In this document: in pieces, positions 58,896 to 64,000 of the stretch | Position numbering within the stretch: position 1 is the first letter of the stretch | Layout of the letters: each line of letters opens with the position of its first letter | NCBI GenBank assembly: GCA_965249575.1 | Contig: OZ252244.1 | Span: 1,952,001-2,016,000, forward strand | Reading direction: 5' to 3' | DNA: 64,000 nucleotides | DNA from: Gemmatimonadales bacterium | GTDB taxonomy: Bacteria > Gemmatimonadota > Gemmatimonadetes > Gemmatimonadales > GWC2-71-9 | Notes under the pieces: model-generated | What the model was told of the DNA's origin: nothing | Database searches by the model: none | What the model saw: only the letters and a program-made list of their open reading frames with translations | Made by a program: the position numbers and the translations under genes

Positions 58896-60968
58896 CTATC
58901 GCTTCAGATTGGTCAGCTCGCTGAGCATCTCATCCGCAGTCGTAATAACCCGGGCGTTCGCCTGGAAGCCCCTCTGCGAAATGATCATACTCGTGAACTC
59001 CTCGGCCAGGTTCACGTTGGAACTCTCCAGAGCACCGGAGGTGATGCTGGATTGACTACTAGTGCCCGATGCGCCGACCACCGGGGCGCCCGAGCTACCG
59101 GCGGCGGCGTACATGTTGTCGCCCCGCCGGAGCAGGCCCGAGGGATTGTTGAATCCAACCAGCGCGATCTGCGCCAGCGCCTGGCTCACGCCATTGCTGA
59201 AGAAGCCGGTGATCACACCACCGTTATCGATGCTGAAATCCTGGAGGGTCCCCATGGTGTAGCCATCCTGGCTTTGGGCAACCGCGCTGAACGGCGCAGC
59301 AAACTGAGACAATCCGACGATGCTCCCCGGAGCTCCGGCATCGAACTCGATGTCAACGGGCGGAGTTGCCCCGGTCCCAGGGTCGAACTGGAAGCTGGTC
59401 GCACCGCCGTCATAGGCGAACGTCTGCATCCGCCCGTCGGCGTCAAAAGTGACGGAGCCGGTGGTGCCCGCCGTCACTGTTGCCGGGCTGGGGACCGTGA
59501 CCGCCCAAGTCCAGCGGTTGGCGGTCGTTGCGTCCTTGGTCAGAGTCATCTGCAGCGTGTGCGGCGTGCCGAGCGAGTCAAATACCGTGATGGACGCATT
59601 GTGCACCACATCGCCCGCCGCCTGCTGCTGCACATAGTTGCCGGGCTGGCTGTTGAAGATGGAGTCAAAAACCGGCGCCCCACCCCCGCTGACGCGGATG
59701 TTGAGGGCCGTAAGCGCGTTCACGAGCCCTCCGTCCCCGGTAATGCTCACGGCTCCCGCAGAGGTGCTCGCAGTGCCCGTGGTGTTCGTGAGGCCCAACG
59801 TGTTGTCGATCGCGTTGAGCAGGTCGTTGTAGGTCCCCCCTGTCACGCCGAGGCTTCCCTGCGTCACTGGCGCACCACCCTTGTCGGCGTCCATGAGGAT
59901 GGTCTGGCCACCCGCGAGCCCCAGACTCGAGCCGGTACCGTCACGCAGGATGGTGAGTGCGTCGGTTCCAACCGCGGTGTGGCTGAACTCGTCTGTCGTC
60001 GAGGTCGCGGCCGCCGCGAGGCTGCCGTTCGCGGCCGCGAGAGCCTGATCAAGGGTGCTACTGGTCGAAGACATGTCGAGCACGATGGGTGCACCGCCGG
60101 CCGTCAGCTGGATCGCGCCGGTGGCGTTGTCGAGCGCCGCCGTCATGGTGGCGAAGTCGGTGTTGATCTCGGCGATGAGATCATTCAACGAGTGGAAGGC
60201 CTTGTCGCCGGCCCCAGTGTCAATGCTGACGTAGGTGTACGTTTCGGTCGTCGTACCGTCGCTCACCGTGACGGTCGTGCTACTCGGTGTCATCCCGAGG
60301 ATCTGGGTGTTCGCGGTCCCCGCAGCGAAGAGCCCGTTTACGTCTGATCCCAGACCGCCGTTGCTGGTCGTCTGCTCGATCCCGTAAATCACTCCACTTG
60401 TGACGAGCACGGTGCCGGGGGGTACCGCGCTGGCGTCAAGGTTTCCTGCGAAGGACACTCGCTCCGTTGCCCTGGCTGGTGTCGTCTGGCCGAATGGCAG
60501 GACGATGTCGTCCAACGCGCTGTTGCTCACGATCTGGCCAGTCGGATCGGCGTTCCACCCTTGTACCGTAAAGCCGTTCGTCGGGGCGACCAGCCGGCCG
60601 CTGGCGTCGAGCTTGAAGTTACCAGCGCGGGTGTAAAACTGGCCGGTCCCACTAGACACCGCGAAGAAAGCGTCGCCTTGGATAGCGAGGTCCGTGGCCT
60701 GGCCGGTGTTTTCGAGGTTCCCCTGCGTGAAGTTCTGATCTACGCTGCCGATGTTCATGCCCAATCCAATCTGGATCGGATTCACGCCACCCTGATTGGC
60801 TGGTGCGCGTGATCCTCCCTGCAATAACTGCGTGAAGGCTTCCTCGAAGGTCACTCGAGAGGCCTTGAACGCGACGGTGTTGACGTTCGCGATGTTGTTG
60901 CCGATGACGTCCATCCTGGTCTGGTGGTTGCGCAGGCCGGAGACACCGGCGAAAAGGGCGCGCATCAT
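58896..60968 (-). CDS. flgE: flagellar hook protein FlgE (long form, 690 aa)
   Basis: SGLRNHQTRMDVIGNNIANVNT, TDLAIQGD, YTRAGNF, LESSNVNLAEEF..QRGFQANAR. Confidence 0.95.
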   Translation of the reverse strand: MMRALFAGVSGLRNHQTRMDVIGNNIANVNTVAFKASRVTFEEAFTQLLQGGSRAPANQGGVNPIQIGLGMNIGSVDQNFTQGNLENTGQATDLAIQGDAFFAVSSGTGQFYTRAGNFKLDASGRLVAPTNGFTVQGWNADPTGQIVSNSALDDIVLPFGQTTPARATERVSFAGNLDASAVPPGTVLVTSGVIYGIEQTTSNGGLGSDVNGLFAAGTANTQILGMTPSSTTVTVSDGTTTETYTYVSIDTGAGDKAFHSLNDLIAEINTDFATMTAALDNATGAIQLTAGGAPIVLDMSSTSSTLDQALAAANGSLAAAATSTTDEFSHTAVGTDALTILRDGTGSSLGLAGGQTILMDADKGGAPVTQGSLGVTGGTYNDLLNAIDNTLGLTNTTGTASTSAGAVSITGDGGLVNALTALNIRVSGGGAPVFDSIFNSQPGNYVQQQAAGDVVHNASITVFDSLGTPHTLQMTLTKDATTANRWTWAVTVPSPATVTAGTTGSVTFDADGRMQTFAYDGGATSFQFDPGTGATPPVDIEFDAGAPGSIVGLSQFAAPFSAVAQSQDGYTMGTLQDFSIDNGGVITGFFSNGVSQALAQIALVGFNNPSGLLRRGDNMYAAAGSSGAPVVGASGTSSQSSITSGALESSNVNLAEEFTSMIISQRGFQANARVITTADEMLSELTNLKR

Positions 60969-61029
60969 GATTCAGTATTCTCCCAAGTTGTAAGGGGTAG
61001 CGCGTGTGAACGGCGGAGTACGGATGCCG

Positions 61030-61707
61030 TCACTGCGCCGATCCGATTTCGACGATCGCTGACAACGGGATTCTCAAGGAACCCGCTCGAAGCACTACTT
61101 CCCCGTTTCGGAATTCCAGTCCGTCGATGAGGGCGGTAACGAAGGGCTTAACCGTCGGGCTCGAACCATCCGTGGCTCGAACTGTGATCTCGTATTCGTA
61201 GATGCCGGGTGGTAGCGAGGCACCGCCGGCCGCGCTGTCCCAGCCGAGGACCTGCCGGCCACCGCGGACCGTCCCCAGGTTGTGCGTTGCGACCACCGCA
61301 CCAGAAGGACCGCGGAGCTCGACGGTTGCTACCCCGCCAAGGCCTTCGATGTCGACTGTCACTTCAACACGGCCGGATCCCGTGAGCTCTACGAAATTGC
61401 CGGGGGCAGTTGCGGTGCGTCCGATTAGACCGGTAGCGAGGGCGGTGTTCGTGGTGAAACTCAGCAGCGCGTCTCGCTGCGCTTGGGCCTCGAGACCGTC
61501 GTTTAGATTGATAAGCTGCTCGAGGCTCGAGAACTGAGCCAGCTCCGAAGCGAACTGAGACCCATCCAACGGGCTGAGGGGGTCCTGGTGGCGGAGTTGG
61601 GTGACAAGGATCCGTAGAAACTCATCTCTCCCCAATTCCGCCCCAGCGTTTGGCAGCGATCTAATAATCGCTGCGCCCGTGGCGCCCGCCAGGGGGGCGG
61701 TTTCCAT
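61030..61707 (-). CDS. flgD: hook capping protein FlgD
   Basis: FLRILVTQLRHQDPLSP..LAQFSSLEQL, WD...PPGIY. Confidence 0.93.
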   Translation of the reverse strand: METAPLAGATGAAIIRSLPNAGAELGRDEFLRILVTQLRHQDPLSPLDGSQFASELAQFSSLEQLINLNDGLEAQAQRDALLSFTTNTALATGLIGRTATAPGNFVELTGSGRVEVTVDIEGLGGVATVELRGPSGAVVATHNLGTVRGGRQVLGWDSAAGGASLPPGIYEYEITVRATDGSSPTVKPFVTALIDGLEFRNGEVVLRAGSLRIPLSAIVEIGSAQ

Positions 61708-61712
61708 GCTGG

Positions 61713-63313
61713 CTACCTTTCTCGCTCCCTTGGGGAGCGATGCGGGGAACGGGACCCGTCGTTTCCCTGATGGGCCGTCCCGTGGTGGCGAGTAGAGTCA
61801 TCGCCTCCCCGCGGTCCCTCGCGGAGTAAACTGAAAGAGTTTGTTTCGTATCCAGGCTGAGCCGGCGTGACCGCGGCTGCAGCCGTTTTCGCGTCGCCCC
61901 CGCTAGCGGGGCGGGTAACAGCCAGCTTGGTAGTCTCGAATCCTCGGCCCGCGAGCGACCGCTGTAGATCGTGCAGCCGGATGTCGAGCTGTTCGGAGAG
62001 TTCGGGATCGCTGGACACGATGCGCGCCCTCATGTCATGACCGCGTACCGTGACCGCGATTCGCGTGTTGCCACCCTTGCTGTCGGTAAGTCGAATGGAC
62101 ACCCGGTCGATCGGGGGACCGATCCGAGGCTCGCCAGGCATCTCGGCTTGCAGTGCCTCGCCGCCGGCGGCTGCCGGCAGTGACCCGAGGGTCCGCGGAG
62201 TCCCGCCAACTGACGAAGAAACCAGCCCAGGCGCAGCGGCCAGCGCGGCGGCCTCCGGCTGGACGCGAGACGGTGTGTCGTGCTTGGCTCGTTCCAGCAC
62301 CGTCCCAGTCGGCTCAGCGGGCGACCCGATCTGGGTGTCCACGGCTTCCGTTGCCACCCAGCCTGTACGATCGCCCGGTGCCGCTTCGATTTGTGACTCC
62401 GGTGGCAAGAGGGACATGCGATGATGCGCGGCGGAGTGATCCGCGACGACCGCATGCTTCCCTCGACTCCCCGTAGTTAATCCCGACCTGGTCGAAAAGA
62501 CCGCCTGGTCCATTCCGGACACGGTGTCGCCCGTAAGGCTCCCCTCAGCTTCTAGCGGGAGCGAGCGGCCGACATCGGGGCGGGCAGGTTTCAGCGATGC
62601 TCGCGGTATCCTAGCACCCGCCCCTTGCCCAACGAATGCCGGAGCCAGCATTTGGGTAGTCGAAGCCTCGGAGCGGCCCGCCACCATGCCCAACCCGGCC
62701 GACGCGCCGGAAGTACTCCCTAACCCCGAGTTGAGACCCGGCTGGGGTACGATCGCGGGTGCCCGAACCAACCCGGGTTTCTCAGGGGCTCTAGCAACCA
62801 GTCGGAAGGGGTCAACGGGGCGGGCCCGTTCAGTGACCTCACTGCCTACAGTGCGGGCCGTCGGTAGCGGTACGCTCGTTGACGGCCTTTCCGCGGCGTC
62901 GTCGCGACTGGCTGGCGCCGGGTGCGCAACCGGATCAGCGGACCCGGAGTGTGGCCAGGGCGGGACTCCGCGTACAGGTGGAGCGGATCCGTCCTCGTTT
63001 GTGGCCCGCCCCCCGAGAGGGGCGGCGCCGCGCGTCGCGAGAGCCTCACGGCCAGCGACTCCGCTCGGCCGGACGGTTGTCTCCACCGGTACCTCCGGGT
63101 CGAGCGATGTGTCGATTAGTGTGGGCTGGGCCGTGGTGGGCTCTCCGTCCAAGGACACCGATGAGTGCAGAACGGATGCTGCCCTGTCTGGCCGGTGAAT
63201 GCGGCCCCGAGGGCCAGTGCGAACGCGTCGCTTGAGATGTCCTGCTCGCCGGGGCCCGCGATCCCAGCAGCCGACCTCGGCGGGGCGCCGACAGGGCCTG
63301 CGACGACGTTCAT
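61713..63313 (-). CDS. fliK: hook-length control protein FliK (frameshift at ~63170)
   Basis: ATG at 63313 coupled to the upstream stop; Pro/Ala-rich; C-terminal RVSIRL..GNTRIAVTV..LQRSLAGRGF; located upstream of flgD. Confidence 0.7.
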
Positions 63314-63870
63314 CGGCCCCGACCGATCTGTGGTGGGATCTTCAGGAGCCGCCGGCTCACAGCAGCGGCGCGTGGCCTTGGCAGACTTGCCAGGAGCGCG
63401 GCAGCCTCGCGCGCGCTCAGGCTCGCGAGAATCCCGACGATCTCCTCATCGCTGAGCGCGCCGAGCACCTGGGAGGCGACGTCGGGCTCCATAGCCGCGA
63501 TGATCTTGGCGAGGTGCTGCAATGCTTCGGTGTTCGCAGTTGTCTCCGGTTCATTTACCGTGGGTGGGGGAGCCGGCTCAGGCACTGGTGCTTCCAGGGG
63601 GGTCTCCGCCACCGTCGGGTGTTCAAGAGCCACCTGGATGCTCGCAGTGTCCCGATCGGGTGCCGGTGCCGGTGCCGGTGCGACCGGCGGCGGTTGTTCC
63701 GTTGCCCGTGCTCTGGAGTCGGCGGCGGCGTGCTCGGCAGGCCCTGCTATGGAGTCGGCAGCGACGTGTTCAGCGGGAACGTCCGGCTGCTCCTCACCTG
63801 GAGCCGTGCTAACGAAGAATGCCGTGGCCCCGGCGGTTGAGACGAGAAAGGCCGCAACTCCCAGTGCCGC
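63310..63870 (-). CDS. MotE/MgtE-N-like flagellar protein (start lost at the junction)
   Basis: open frame from ~63870 ([12 protein letters not shown]), Pro-rich linker, [30 protein letters not shown]. Confidence 0.65.
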   Translation of the reverse strand, partial: AALGVAAFLVSTAGATAFFVSTAPGEEQPDVPAEHVAADSIAGPAEHAAADSRARATEQPPPVAPAPAPAPDRDTASIQVALEHPTVAETPLEAPVPEPAPPPTVNEPETTANTEALQHLAKIIAAMEPDVASQVLGALSDEEIVGILASLSAREAAALLASLPRPRAAAVSRRLLKIPPQIGRGR

Positions 63871-64000
63871 GAGCGATCATGCCGAGCAACACGCTCTTAC
63901 CGACACCGCTGCCGGCGAAGATCCCCATGCGCTGTCCCCGACCGATGGTCAGGAGGCCGTCGATTGCCCTGATGCCCGTGCCGAGGGGTTCCGTGATTCG
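63863..64000 (-). pseudogene. fliI: fragment of flagellar export ATPase FliI; runs off the window end and is truncated after Walker A
   Basis: [45 protein letters not shown]. Confidence 0.85.

Noticed and set aside
58890..60347. 485-aa + strand ORF and many similar long antisense ORFs (e.g. 9123-10124, 23680-24588)
   Set aside because: These are shadow ORFs opposite well-supported genes, expected in high-GC DNA, with no motifs.
1..64000. CRISPR arrays, tRNA/rRNA genes, transposases, phage or defence genes
   Set aside because: No regularly spaced repeats, cloverleaf or rRNA signatures, or integrase/transposase motifs were recognised.

Overview
GC-rich bacterial window. The gene repertoire (Hanks-type kinase-TPR proteins, M28 peptidase, carboxypeptidase-regulatory/plug protein, LVIVD protein, ECF-CBM48 cassette) points to Gemmatimonadota, which is an inference. 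The first ~43 kb is accessory metabolism and signalling. It holds an orphan reductive-dehalogenase-family protein, an ECF sigma / glycogen-binding (CBM48) four-gene cassette, and a secreted protein resembling the plant XLG/EDR4 'YWYD' domain. It also holds a 1151-aa molybdopterin-oxidoreductase::cysteine-desulfurase fusion with ergothioneine-synthase MES architecture but no methyltransferase nearby, a KDDH-type RuBisCO-like protein, a sulfocyanin-like cupredoxin and a Ser/Cys proline-racemase catabolic cluster. The last ~20 kb is a c-di-GMP/motAB and flagellar locus with readable sigma28 and sigma54+IHF promoters. The whole window is damaged in two ways: about ten single-base frameshifts, often in short homopolymers, and about eleven apparent internal deletions that join unrelated genes at short shared sequences (for example fliR::flgF, fliL::fliM, fliI::motE-like, flgA::flgH). 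This is either an assembly/read artefact or genuine deletional decay, and I cannot decide which from the sequence alone. No rRNA, tRNA, CRISPR array or transposase was recognised. All family calls come from motif recognition, not database searches.
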